From a virus (lineage: Duplodnaviria; Caudoviricetes), in IMG/VR virus record IMGVR_UViG_3300011102_000067, positions 1 to 28,235 of that record: a stretch of 28,235 nucleotides of DNA, one strand, 5' to 3'. How positions within the stretch are numbered: position 1 is the first letter of the stretch; every line of letters begins with the position of its first letter. Below, in pieces: positions 8,206 through 17,202 of this stretch. The translations under genes were made by a program, and so were the position numbers. Below the pieces are notes generated by a model that saw only the letters and a list, made by a program, of their open reading frames with translations, ran no database searches and was not told the DNA's origin.

Positions 8206-9942
8206 TTAACGCCTTGTGGATTTAGTCTGTTCTCCCTTATCTGCTGCTGTACCGGCTGTGCCTCTACCCTGTGCTGTTTGGTCCTGAGGCGTCTTACCCT
8301 CTTGCTTATTCTTATTCGACCCGTCTGTGGTCTTTCTATTTGGCCCCGGAGTTCCACCCTGAGTTGGCTTTGGTAGCGGTGGATTTAGAGCAGCTTCAGC
8401 CGCAGCCTTAATCTGCTCAACCTGTGCAAGCTGAAGCTCAACCTTTGCCGCAGACTCAGCAGCCATATCAACAAACTTGCTTCCACCCTTACGTGGGTGA
8501 CGACCAAGCTCACCACGTACCTCGTCGGCATTGAGAACACCAAGGCGAATATAACGATCATTAATTCTGGAAATAGTCTCTGCATCGAGAAGGTCATATT
8601 CCTCAAAGCAGAACGTGTACATATCAGTAACCTCTCTTACGAGACGGTTGATCTTCTTTGCCACTCTTCTCTGCTCGGGCTGAACCACCTGAATCTTGAA
8701 GGACTTATCCTCTTCTCTAGCCGCAGCTACACCGCCCCCGATTCCCAACTTGGACTTCGGAACACGGTGGACCATTGCGATAGATTCACGGTTGCCAGCA
8801 CGATACCTTTCGAACGAACCCTCCTGCACCTTGTTCTCGATTGGCTCAAGTTTTACGTCAACGTTTGACCCAGCATGAGCGGGAACAGGAATGTAGAGAG
8901 TATTGTGGTGCTTACCCTTGACCTCTCTACGGAAGTATTCAAGAATCTTTCTCTCTGCTTGCTGGCTCAGTTTTGCACCCTTAACAATAAGAGCGTAGCG
9001 AGGCACAGCCTTATTTTCGAAGTAATCTAGATTGTACTCCGAAGCGAACTTCTCACCCGCAACTGAAGACATTGCGGCGATCACATCAGGAATGCCATAG
9101 TAGGCATTCTTGGCATTATGCTTCTTAAAATGAATTACCTCGTTCGGACGTGGGTCCTTACCGAAGTAATCAGGCGTAGTAAAGTCTTCAAAATTTCTGA
9201 AGAAAGTAAGTCGGTCTTCAACCATCTGAATGAAACCATCTCGGTTAACTCTCACACGCATTGTTGCTGCGGGAATATGCCCGACATATCCAATCTGCCC
9301 CTTATTGTTGCGTGAGATTTCAAGATAGCCGTTGCCCGTAGCTTCTACATCGAACCAAACCTTGAAAAGAATTTCGTTGAAATCCTCATTAATATTAAGC
9401 GAGTCAAGCCACTCATCAAGGCCATCTGTGACCCGCTGTAGCTTGCGGGTCAGCTTCTTCATTTTCTCTTCGTCTTCCTCGATGGCCTGACGAGCTTCCT
9501 TAACCTTTGAACGCTCCTTCCACTTGTACCCAAGGCCACAAATGTTAGTTGCCTTATGCAAGATACATGCGTAGTGCGTATCGTTCTCAATTGAGAGATT
9601 TACTAAATGGTCAAGAGAGAATGGTGGTTGAGCAAGACCGTAAAGCTCATAGCCATTGATCTGCTCAACATTGATATGCTTTGGCCTAGCCCCGCCACTA
9701 CCCTGTAGTTGCTTATTGACCAGCCGTGTAGCTCTGCGCTTGCCATTGCGATCTAGAGCGTTGTATGGGATAGCGGCAAAAGGGTCGCCAGCTACAGCTA
9801 ACTTCTTTAGCTCATTTCTATAGGCTGAATCCCGTTCACCATCCAGAGTTACGTCATCAATGATGACAGGCTCACCGTCCTCATTGGTGAAGCCCTCAAA
9901 TTCATTCTCGTCATCATCGTCAACTGCGTATGCTTTAGCCAT
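8206..9942 (-). CDS. Portal protein
   Basis: 578 aa upstream of protease; TGNGYLEI, EVIHFK, YYGIPD, YFENKAVP and VHRVP segments characteristic of PBSX/HK97-type portals; low-complexity C-terminal tail. Confidence 0.92.
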   Translation of the reverse strand: MAKAYAVDDDDENEFEGFTNEDGEPVIIDDVTLDGERDSAYRNELKKLAVAGDPFAAIPYNALDRNGKRRATRLVNKQLQGSGGARPKHINVEQINGYELYGLAQPPFSLDHLVNLSIENDTHYACILHKATNICGLGYKWKERSKVKEARQAIEEDEEKMKKLTRKLQRVTDGLDEWLDSLNINEDFNEILFKVWFDVEATGNGYLEISRNNKGQIGYVGHIPAATMRVRVNRDGFIQMVEDRLTFFRNFEDFTTPDYFGKDPRPNEVIHFKKHNAKNAYYGIPDVIAAMSSVAGEKFASEYNLDYFENKAVPRYALIVKGAKLSQQAERKILEYFRREVKGKHHNTLYIPVPAHAGSNVDVKLEPIENKVQEGSFERYRAGNRESIAMVHRVPKSKLGIGGGVAAAREEDKSFKIQVVQPEQRRVAKKINRLVREVTDMYTFCFEEYDLLDAETISRINDRYIRLGVLNADEVRGELGRHPRKGGSKFVDMAAESAAKVELQLAQVEQIKAAAEAALNPPLPKPTQGGTPGPNRKTTDGSNKNKQEGKTPQDQTAQGRGTAGTAADKGEQTKSTRR

Positions 9943-10264
9943 TGTCTCCTGTTGCCTGCCGATATAGGTCTGCTAGATCGGGTACCTTACCGTCAATTAG
10001 TCTCTCCATCTGATCTTCCCATTCCATATCTGTAATCTTGCGGAACCCTGGGAACCAGAATGGCTTGCCGTCTCTGACACCTAGCGATCTTGCGGCAGCA
10101 CGCATATTTGCCTCAGCCTTTGGGTTTCTTACCTTGCACGGACCAGCAACCAGATAGTTGCCATCGCTGTCCTGAATATAAGTTCCATCAGGAAGTTGCC
10201 ATAGGCACACTCCCCATTCGATATCTGCCTCTTGTAATACTCTCTTAGGCTTGATTAATGACAT
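9935..10264 (-). CDS. Hypothetical protein preceding portal
   Basis: 109-aa ORF, GGGAG SD, overlaps portal start by 8 nt. Confidence 0.75.
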   Translation of the reverse strand: MSLIKPKRVLQEADIEWGVCLWQLPDGTYIQDSDGNYLVAGPCKVRNPKAEANMRAAARSLGVRDGKPFWFPGFRKITDMEWEDQMERLIDGKVPDLADLYRQATGDNG

Positions 10265-10299
10265 GCGTACTCCCTAAACCATATTAAGCGTTTGAAGGT

Positions 10300-10308
10300 A
10301 CAATAGCA
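10300..10308 (-). promoter_or_regulatory. Extended -10 promoter TGCTATTGT for head operon
   Basis: Same motif as 3439/17173/22033, directly abutting a terminator U-tract. Confidence 0.55.
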
Positions 10309-10333
10309 AAAAGCGGGCCACGAAGGCCCGCTT
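10308..10333 (-). terminator. Rho-independent terminator
   Basis: AAGCGGGCC-TTCGT-GGCCCGCTT followed by TTT. Confidence 0.8.
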
Positions 10334-10363
10334 ATCTACAAAATTGGTTTAGGTGTGGTGCAA

Positions 10364-11329
10364 CTAAGGCTTGTAAAGCCCTAATCTGGCTATCGCACGG
10401 TCAGCAACAGTCTCCCAAGAGTAGTCTTGGTGAATATCTTGAGCACTTGCATAAGCCACACGACTGGCCACTCTATAATTGGCCACCATTCTTTCCATCA
10501 GATAAATCACTTCATCTAGATCATGATCCATCCATAGCCCAGGGTGGATTCTGTCTTCAGGTGATCTGACCCATTTTGATTGCAATAATAAGTGAGGTGA
10601 GTAGTTGCAGAATTCTCCCGTGCCACCATCGGCAGGGAAGATAGCTGGCATTCCTGTGGCCATAGCCTCAAATGGAATCAGGCCAAATCCCTCACCCCTT
10701 GTTGGATAGACCAAACAGTGCGAAGAGTAGTACAACTCCCGCATCTGTTCAGGAGAATAAATCGAACCAATAACCTGAATATTACTGATATCTGCTGGTG
10801 AAGAGATAATCGACCCGAATCGATCCTTTACCCTAGCCATTGGATACTTATTGCACTTAAAGATTAATCTAACATCTTTACGGTGTCTGAAAGCCTTATG
10901 CCAAGCCTTGAGTAGAATATCCCCGCCCTTACGAACAGCAGGCTCACCAACATGAAGGAAGGTGAATGGGCCTTTTAACTCTCTCTGACGTGGCTCCCAA
11001 AAAGGGTCGATACCGTGCGGGAGTGTAAATACTTCTCTGCCGGTAATGCGCTCAAGCACACGAGACGACCATTGAGAAGTAGACCAAAGATCGTCTACCA
11101 ATCCCAATCCCTCGTACCAAGAGTCAGGCACTTCAGTTGATTCCCAAGGCGTATAGCCAACTGTCCAGTCACGAAACTCATAATCTGGTGGCATACAGAA
11201 GTTAAGCTGAATAGAAGAATCGGGAGTGAAGTCCACTCCCCGACCTTCCATAGCGTTAACTAGTAGCCTTGAGGCATTTCCATACCCCGTGTGCTCTCCA
11301 ATAACAACTGTCTTAAAGTTAATTTTCAA
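10364..11329 (-). CDS. Glycosyltransferase (GT-B, family 4-like)
   Basis: TGYG N-terminal motif, GYTPWEST, FLHVG..RKG and YPTRGEGFGLIPFEAMATG (E-x7-E motif). Confidence 0.9.
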   Translation of the reverse strand: MKINFKTVVIGEHTGYGNASRLLVNAMEGRGVDFTPDSSIQLNFCMPPDYEFRDWTVGYTPWESTEVPDSWYEGLGLVDDLWSTSQWSSRVLERITGREVFTLPHGIDPFWEPRQRELKGPFTFLHVGEPAVRKGGDILLKAWHKAFRHRKDVRLIFKCNKYPMARVKDRFGSIISSPADISNIQVIGSIYSPEQMRELYYSSHCLVYPTRGEGFGLIPFEAMATGMPAIFPADGGTGEFCNYSPHLLLQSKWVRSPEDRIHPGLWMDHDLDEVIYLMERMVANYRVASRVAYASAQDIHQDYSWETVADRAIARLGLYKP

Positions 11330-11364
11330 TACGATCCCTACAATTCGTAAAAGTGCTCGACAAC

Positions 11365-11586
11365 TTAGTCTTCATCGAAAATTACTACGTCCCACTCCCA
11401 GCTTTTATGCTCAACTTGTTGGGCAACATATCGGACATACTCTCCGCAGCCCTCGCAGTTGCAGGAGAAGTATGGAGCATAAAAGTTTTGCATCTCCATC
11501 TCCTCTCCGCAACGCTCGCACTCATATGTAGCAATAAAGTTCTTAGGGGTACGCACTTCTCTCCTATTACTTATCTGGACAGCCAT
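11365..11586 (-). CDS. Small Zn-ribbon protein
   Basis: YECERC...CEGC two CxxC pairs; same strand as neighbours, start overlaps RNR end. Confidence 0.6.
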   Translation of the reverse strand: MAVQISNRREVRTPKNFIATYECERCGEEMEMQNFYAPYFSCNCEGCGEYVRYVAQQVEHKSWEWDVVIFDED

Positions 11587-14500
11587 TAGGGCCACAAGCT
11601 AATTCGCCAGAACCCATCTCTTTAATGTATTCCGCTAGTTCAAATTCTGCTCTAGAAATTCTCTCATATGGCGACTGTGGTCGAGAGCCATCCACCATAA
11701 TTGTCGTACCCTTTACGTGGGGTAGGTAGTGGATGATGATAGCCTTTGCAGCTTCAACAGTGGACAATAGCGGAGGGCCAATCTTAAAGTCGGCAGCATC
11801 AACTCCATCCTTTACCTGCTGAGCCATAAAATCTTGTTGCTGCCTGTCTGGCTCAATGTTGACGGTGAATGAGACTGCGTTGTCGGCATAGCATTCTTGA
11901 ACCATTGCTTGAACCGCAAGCATGTCCCCCAAAGAGATTTCATTCGCTCCTTCCACCACTTCAGGATCGATTCCCAAATCTTCGACTGCGGCCACAAGCG
12001 GGTCCTTAACGTAGAATGAGACAACCTTTGTGTTTCTGGTGTATAGGTCGTCTTCAATTTCATATCCCTGCTCCTCAAATTCTCTGAGCTTTTCAGAGTT
12101 ATCAGCGTAACGAATTCTTCTCTTAAAGTAGGGAGCGTAGATCGGGTGAATACCCTCTGACTCTCCCGCAAGCTTTGCGATGCTGCCCGTAGGGGCAATT
12201 GTCGTACCCTTAATCGGATTTGGAATCCTTAGTTGATGTGCGTACCGAGCCTTCTCTTTATCAACAACCGACTTCCAATCCTTTAGCGTCTTTCTGACCT
12301 GACGGTTCCGGTGTGAGTCTGAGAATTTTATACCCTGCTTGTTCAGCCAGCCTTGGAAACCAAAGAATCCAACGCCGATACGTCGGTTGCGCTCAACAAC
12401 CTCACGCTGAAGCGGGTTGGGAATATCCCCAAACGTTGCACGGATTAGGAACCGTGTCATTAGTCGGAAGGCTTCTCTTGATCCCTCAAAATCATCGTAG
12501 AAGGCTGAGACGTTAACGTGCCCGAGGTTGCAGTTTTCCCAGGGTTCAAGAGCAATCTCACCACAATTATGAACATATAATCCATTAGCGTCAAATGCAT
12601 TTATTCCGGGCACCTGGACATCATATACTTCTTGCTCTCCAATATATTCTAATGAATTAAATGTTGCTGTCCAAGGCTTAGAATAGAAGCCTCGCTTCAT
12701 ATTACGGGCGAGTTCATAGAATTTATTGGATTTATTATCGTTCTCAAATCCAATAATGTCCATAAATCTCTCAGCATCAGAGGTGATAATCAATCTCCAA
12801 TTATCCTTAGTCCAATAATCAGCTCGCCCACCACGACCATCTGGCATCGCCTTAAATCCAGCAGTCCTGGCACGATTTATTTTAGATCGAATTCCAAAGT
12901 TAAGAAGCATCTTCTGAACAGTTTGAAGACGCTCAAAATTCGACTGAGATAGTCTTATTGAGATTCCTCCATCAGTTGATGCTCCTTCTACATGCCCATC
13001 CGTATCGAATAATCCACGGAGAAGACCCTTCTGGAAATCTGAACTTGTTTTAGTAATCAGATGATCAAAATCTTTAGTTCCCACCTCTAGATATTCATGG
13101 ACTACATCTGCTTTAAGCTCATATCGCTCAGTCCCTCTATACCATCCACCATTGTTAGTGCAGATAGATAAAAACTGCCGAACACCTAGTTCAGCAACAT
13201 CTTCACCCCAAGAGCAAAGAAGTGGCCGATTACCGCTCCAAGTGCCGTCTCCAACGAAATGGCCAACAACATATCCATCCATTAAAGAGCCTTGTCCTCC
13301 CCAATCCAATTCAACTTCATGATTGTTGAGGACAATCTTGTCTCCCGGCCGCAATGATCCAGCTTCAACCCATCCATCTTGGGTCATCACCTTATGATTA
13401 GATGTAAGATTAAGCTCATAGCCTTCTAAGGTAGATAGCGTGTATACAGGCTTCACTCCTGTCGAGAAAAAGCCATCTGTCTTATACGGCTTTCCATCAA
13501 CCATCACATAGCATGGACGGTTTAAATACTCACTAACCTGTCTCGGTCCATTTTGAGTTAGGACCCAGGTATCACCCGTAACACAGGGATTAGTGCTTCC
13601 AACGTCTCCCAATTCTCCGTCAGAAGCCAACGAGATATTGTAGAAACCTGGCTCTCCATTTTCCAGCATTCCAGCAACACAACGATGATAAACTTCTGCT
13701 GCATGTTCGTGCAGCTTATTCTTCTTGCTCTTGAGAGCGGAGAAGAATTCATCATCAATTTCAACCGAGATATTGGTTGACCAGTGATCCGTCCAATCTA
13801 ACTTACACTCGATAAAGTCAAAGATATCTTCATCCTTCCACGACTTGATCGACATACGTGCAGAGCGACGAACATTTCCCGCAACAACACACTCAGCAAT
13901 GCGATGATCAATCTGCATATGCTCAAGAGATGTTAACTTTCTACCAACAGCGTTATTAGTTACATCTGTGATGTTCTTTAGCATGATAGCTAGAGCAATC
14001 GGGCCAGATGCGATACCACCAAAGCCACGAATACGTGCGCCCTTCTCACGAACGTTAGAAACGTCAAAAACTAATTCCACCCCATCGCTAGGTTCAATAG
14101 ATGAAGCGCAATCCAGAGTTACAGCCAAAGCCTCTACCCAGCCCTCACGGGAATCATCAATTGAGAAGCATCCATCCCAAAGATAGGAATAGGTATCTGA
14201 CAATACGCCAGCAGCCTTTAGGTCTTCATAATCGGGATGCTCTGGATTACAAACAATATGAACAGCTACAGGGGTTGTGATCCCCGCAACCTCTTCGATG
14301 TAGCGATTAGAGTAGTTGGCACCAACACCACCACCCTTCATTAACTCATCAAATGCGAACGTATAGTGGTCACTTAGGCGCTCTGTGAAAGCTGCCCTGT
14401 GACAATTAAACAAGAACTGACGGCCAGGTACACCACTCACCCATAGGTGACGGCCAGCAGGGATAGCCTTGAAATTGTAGATAAGATCAAAAAGCTTCTC

Positions 14501-14668
14501 ACGCTCCCCCGGCTCAATATACTTCTCATCAACTAGCCCTGTATTTCCTTCAACAACTCTGCGAACGGTATCTTCCCATGTTTCCTTCTCTCCGTTCGCC
14601 TTCACACGTTGGTAGGTTCGCTCATAAACCTCCTGCCCAACGGGTCCCCACTTGGGTTCCTCAAGCAT
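11567..14668 (-). CDS. nrdJ: Class II (adenosylcobalamin-dependent) ribonucleotide reductase containing an intein
   Basis: VYERTY, PAGRHLW, LFNC, GGGVG, VAGNVRRSA, TNP|CGEI (split by intein), ENCNLG, RRIGVG, TIAPTGS and C-terminal CxxxxCP; AAGGGAG SD. Confidence 0.93.
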   Translation of the reverse strand: MLEEPKWGPVGQEVYERTYQRVKANGEKETWEDTVRRVVEGNTGLVDEKYIEPGEREKLFDLIYNFKAIPAGRHLWVSGVPGRQFLFNCHRAAFTERLSDHYTFAFDELMKGGGVGANYSNRYIEEVAGITTPVAVHIVCNPEHPDYEDLKAAGVLSDTYSYLWDGCFSIDDSREGWVEALAVTLDCASSIEPSDGVELVFDVSNVREKGARIRGFGGIASGPIALAIMLKNITDVTNNAVGRKLTSLEHMQIDHRIAECVVAGNVRRSARMSIKSWKDEDIFDFIECKLDWTDHWSTNISVEIDDEFFSALKSKKNKLHEHAAEVYHRCVAGMLENGEPGFYNISLASDGELGDVGSTNPCVTGDTWVLTQNGPRQVSEYLNRPCYVMVDGKPYKTDGFFSTGVKPVYTLSTLEGYELNLTSNHKVMTQDGWVEAGSLRPGDKIVLNNHEVELDWGGQGSLMDGYVVGHFVGDGTWSGNRPLLCSWGEDVAELGVRQFLSICTNNGGWYRGTERYELKADVVHEYLEVGTKDFDHLITKTSSDFQKGLLRGLFDTDGHVEGASTDGGISIRLSQSNFERLQTVQKMLLNFGIRSKINRARTAGFKAMPDGRGGRADYWTKDNWRLIITSDAERFMDIIGFENDNKSNKFYELARNMKRGFYSKPWTATFNSLEYIGEQEVYDVQVPGINAFDANGLYVHNCGEIALEPWENCNLGHVNVSAFYDDFEGSREAFRLMTRFLIRATFGDIPNPLQREVVERNRRIGVGFFGFQGWLNKQGIKFSDSHRNRQVRKTLKDWKSVVDKEKARYAHQLRIPNPIKGTTIAPTGSIAKLAGESEGIHPIYAPYFKRRIRYADNSEKLREFEEQGYEIEDDLYTRNTKVVSFYVKDPLVAAVEDLGIDPEVVEGANEISLGDMLAVQAMVQECYADNAVSFTVNIEPDRQQQDFMAQQVKDGVDAADFKIGPPLLSTVEAAKAIIIHYLPHVKGTTIMVDGSRPQSPYERISRAEFELAEYIKEMGSGELACGPNGCPDK
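12566..13585 (-). mobile_element. Intein (340 aa) with LAGLIDADG homing endonuclease
   Basis: Begins CVTGDTWV after TNP, has LNLTSNHKV (block B), GHFVGDG and RGLFDTDG (LAGLIDADG blocks) and VYDVQV...LYVHN, followed by Cys of CGEI. Confidence 0.95.
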
Positions 14669-14706
14669 TCATAATCACTCCCTTAGTTTTTCGATAGAAA
14701 GCAATC

Positions 14707-15708
14707 TTAGCTCAGCAGGCTTTCAAGGCCGAGCCGCATCAAAGAATCCGTCATGTATTCTACGGCGATATCCGAGATATTATCCCATGACCAGTAATCT
14801 TCATTTGCAGTTGCTTTTTCGTATGCTGCGTCGAAAAAGAACTCTGGCATATCCACAAACTTTTTCATCCAATGCTCTACCCAATAGGGGTCAGGATCAG
14901 CCCAATATCCCTCGTGTGGTTCGTAGTCGGCTTCGACTAATCCACGAGAAAAGATCGGATAACACTTGTTCATGTAGTCTTGTGGACCCGACCAATCTGT
15001 TACAGCAGTTGGCATCCCAGTTGATGCAGCATTGAATGGGTTGAATCCAAATCCCTCACCCTTCGTTGGATAGATGAATGCATGACAAGATTGATGTAGC
15101 TCAAGCAGTAAATCTTGAGGTACGATATCGGTATGAGTGATCACATTATTACCGACCGGCTCAAAAGAAAAACGTCTGCCTTTCAGTACCAACTGTACGT
15201 CTGGATTACGGGAGTAAAGGTCTTGGAACACCTCGTAAACAAGCTCCGCATTTTTCCGTGGTGAATCACCGCCTATGTGTAGGAATCGATACGGCCCATT
15301 TAATTTACGGCGTGTGAGGGGCCAATGGTCACGATTTAGACCGTGATGCAGAACTCGGACAGGAACATCAAGAACGGCCTCGTACCATCTAGCATTCTCG
15401 TGGCATGTTGTCCAGATTTCATCCATGCGGTTCATATACATAATCCATGATGAAGGAACCTTTGTAGATTCCCAAGGGGTGTACCCGATGTTTAGCTTTC
15501 CTTCTACCCGCTCATAGAAGTGGGGTTGGCCCATATTGAAAATAACAGGTGCCTCACGATCAAATGCCCAAACAGGAATTCCTTTACGTTGCCAAGCCTG
15601 AATTAACTGAACGGCTGCATAGCCATACCCCATATCGGTCCCGGCTCCTGCTAGCGGGGAAAAAAATCCAATCTTAGAGATTCTTGAAGTATTTTTCGTA
15701 ATCTGCAT
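14707..15708 (-). CDS. Glycosyltransferase (GT-B, family 4-like), paralogue of 10364-11329
   Basis: MGYG, GYTPWEST, FLHIG..RKN and YPTKGEGFG; start uncertain (ATG 15708 chosen over 15759 to limit overlap). Confidence 0.88.
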   Translation of the reverse strand: MQITKNTSRISKIGFFSPLAGAGTDMGYGYAAVQLIQAWQRKGIPVWAFDREAPVIFNMGQPHFYERVEGKLNIGYTPWESTKVPSSWIMYMNRMDEIWTTCHENARWYEAVLDVPVRVLHHGLNRDHWPLTRRKLNGPYRFLHIGGDSPRKNAELVYEVFQDLYSRNPDVQLVLKGRRFSFEPVGNNVITHTDIVPQDLLLELHQSCHAFIYPTKGEGFGFNPFNAASTGMPTAVTDWSGPQDYMNKCYPIFSRGLVEADYEPHEGYWADPDPYWVEHWMKKFVDMPEFFFDAAYEKATANEDYWSWDNISDIAVEYMTDSLMRLGLESLLS

Positions 15709-15976
15709 CGAAGTCCCAATTGTCAATGTCTTCTTCAGTAAGAGGAGTAAACCTGTCACTCAGGTCGCTAATCTTGCAACCTCTTCTGCGGAAATTAACC
15801 ATGTGATCCCAACTGATGCGGCTTTGAATCATCGCATGGCAGTTGGTGCATTCGATTTCAGACAGTGGTTTAGGATCGTCCGGGTGGAACCAAATCTTCA
15901 GATCGTTTACGTCCTTGATGTAAACGTACTGTTCGCAGTTATCACACTCTACGTATCCTATGAATGCCACAGTCAT
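15674..15976 (-). CDS. Small Zn-binding hypothetical protein
   Basis: CDNC and CTNC pairs, acidic C-terminus. Confidence 0.7.
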   Translation of the reverse strand: MTVAFIGYVECDNCEQYVYIKDVNDLKIWFHPDDPKPLSEIECTNCHAMIQSRISWDHMVNFRRRGCKISDLSDRFTPLTEEDIDNWDFDADYEKYFKNL

Positions 15977-16006
15977 ATTCTATGCTCTTTCTCTTACTAC
16001 TACATA

Positions 16007-16306
16007 TCACTCTTTGTGGTTGTAACAGTCGTTACAGTAAACCCGCAGGTCAACAACTCTGCATGGTTTTTCTTTTTTACAATCATCACATTTCATCCAG
16101 TATAAAACCCTTGGATTTAGTTCCATACCAATCCGCTTGTCCATCTCACCCTGCCCAACAGGGACCTTAAAGAAGGCTTCACAATCACTATGAGTGCAAG
16201 AATATTGCCAAGCGGTTTTATCTTTTGTTAAGCCAAGGCAATTAGTCCACCCGCTACCGCAGTAGGGACAGAACTCCCACCTAATCTCTTCTTCTTTTTT
16301 AGGCAT
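16007..16306 (-). CDS. Small Cys-rich Zn-finger hypothetical protein
   Basis: CPYC, CTHSDC, CDDC and CNDC; AAGGA SD. Confidence 0.7.
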   Translation of the reverse strand: MPKKEEEIRWEFCPYCGSGWTNCLGLTKDKTAWQYSCTHSDCEAFFKVPVGQGEMDKRIGMELNPRVLYWMKCDDCKKEKPCRVVDLRVYCNDCYNHKE

Positions 16307-16330
16307 CCTGAATTCCTTTAGCCTGCCATG

Positions 16331-16403
16331 TCTAGTAGAGAGGACTCGAACCTCTAACCACCCGGCCCCAAACCGGGTGCGCTACCAATTGCGCCACTAC
16401 TAG
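16331..16403 (-). tRNA. tRNA-Pro(UGG), CCA not encoded
   Basis: CTAGTAG/CTACTAG acceptor stem, GCGC D-stem, CCCGG-TTTGGGG-CCGGG anticodon arm, AGAGG-TTCGAGT-CCTCT T-arm, A73. Confidence 0.93.
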
Positions 16404-16416
16404 GTGATAAATAGGG

Positions 16417-16442
16417 AGAGCGAGGGCCGGAACCCTCGCTCT
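16417..16442 (-). terminator. Hairpin (terminator or processing site) between 75-aa ORF and tRNA-Pro
   Basis: AGAGCGAGGG-N6-CCCTCGCTCT 10-bp inverted repeat. Confidence 0.55.
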
Positions 16443-16474
16443 TCACTCTAGCGATTTATGTCATCTAGAGGGGG

Positions 16475-16702
16475 TTAAATCAATTCGCCGTTTCTGTACC
16501 AGTCGCCGTGAGAAGTCTCACTTGGCTCAGGATTGAACTCTGGACGAATGATCACAATAGCTGATCCATCTCTCATGTATGTCCACTCTCTATCATCCCT
16601 ATAGGCGGGGTAGGTAAAGATATGTCCAAATTGACCCCAGCCTTCAGTTCTATCCCGAAGCTCGACAGGAGGTAGTTCCGGCTTTACGGCCTTAGCTGGC
16701 AT
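16475..16702 (-). CDS. Hypothetical protein with DRxxGWG motif
   Basis: 75 aa, start overlaps upstream stop (TAATG); shares DRTEGWG..G..FTY with the upstream gene. Confidence 0.7.
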   Translation of the reverse strand: MPAKAVKPELPPVELRDRTEGWGQFGHIFTYPAYRDDREWTYMRDGSAIVIIRPEFNPEPSETSHGDWYRNGELI

Positions 16703-17124
16703 TAGCTATCCTTACGATATGTGAATGAGCCATCTTCATGGCCCCAGCCGTCTGTACGGTCAAGAATAGATGCACGCTTTGCCTCTTCGCGCTTTGTGGC
16801 GTTGGCGTCATTTAGTTGAACTGTATTGCGTGAATCGGCTGTGCGGTTAGCAACGCTAGCTTCTGTGTGAGAATCCGTCATAGCAACGTTGTCATCATCC
16901 CATGAAGGAACGGCCCCGTCTGCTGGTGCCTCAGAATTACGTGTAGCGACTAAGCGTGCTAGGCGATTAGCTGTAGCTTCCTTTGGTGCGTCTGTTGCTG
17001 TAATTGCGTTACCTGAAGGTGAACCCCAAGTATCGTCATCCTCACGGTGTGAATCTGTTGCTGCCTTGTGGCCCCAACCCTCGACACGATCTACAATCGT
17101 TGCTGCGCCTCTTGTTTCTCCCAT
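16702..17124 (-). CDS. Hypothetical, probably disordered protein with two DRxxGWGH motifs
   Basis: ATG 17124 after AAGGAG; Ala/Asp/Thr-rich; internal repeats. Confidence 0.75.
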   Translation of the reverse strand: MGETRGAATIVDRVEGWGHKAATDSHREDDDTWGSPSGNAITATDAPKEATANRLARLVATRNSEAPADGAVPSWDDDNVAMTDSHTEASVANRTADSRNTVQLNDANATKREEAKRASILDRTDGWGHEDGSFTYRKDS

Positions 17125-17172
17125 TATTTTCTCCTTAAATAGAAATCTGCGGGGCACATAGCCCCTACTTAC

Positions 17173-17181
17173 ACTATAGCA
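17173..17181 (-). promoter_or_regulatory. Extended -10 promoter TGCTATAGT
   Basis: Intergenic; followed by a small GGGGC/GCCCC hairpin and the SD of the 17124 gene. Confidence 0.55.
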
Positions 17182-17202
17182 GAATTCTCCTAAATAGCCA
17201 GA

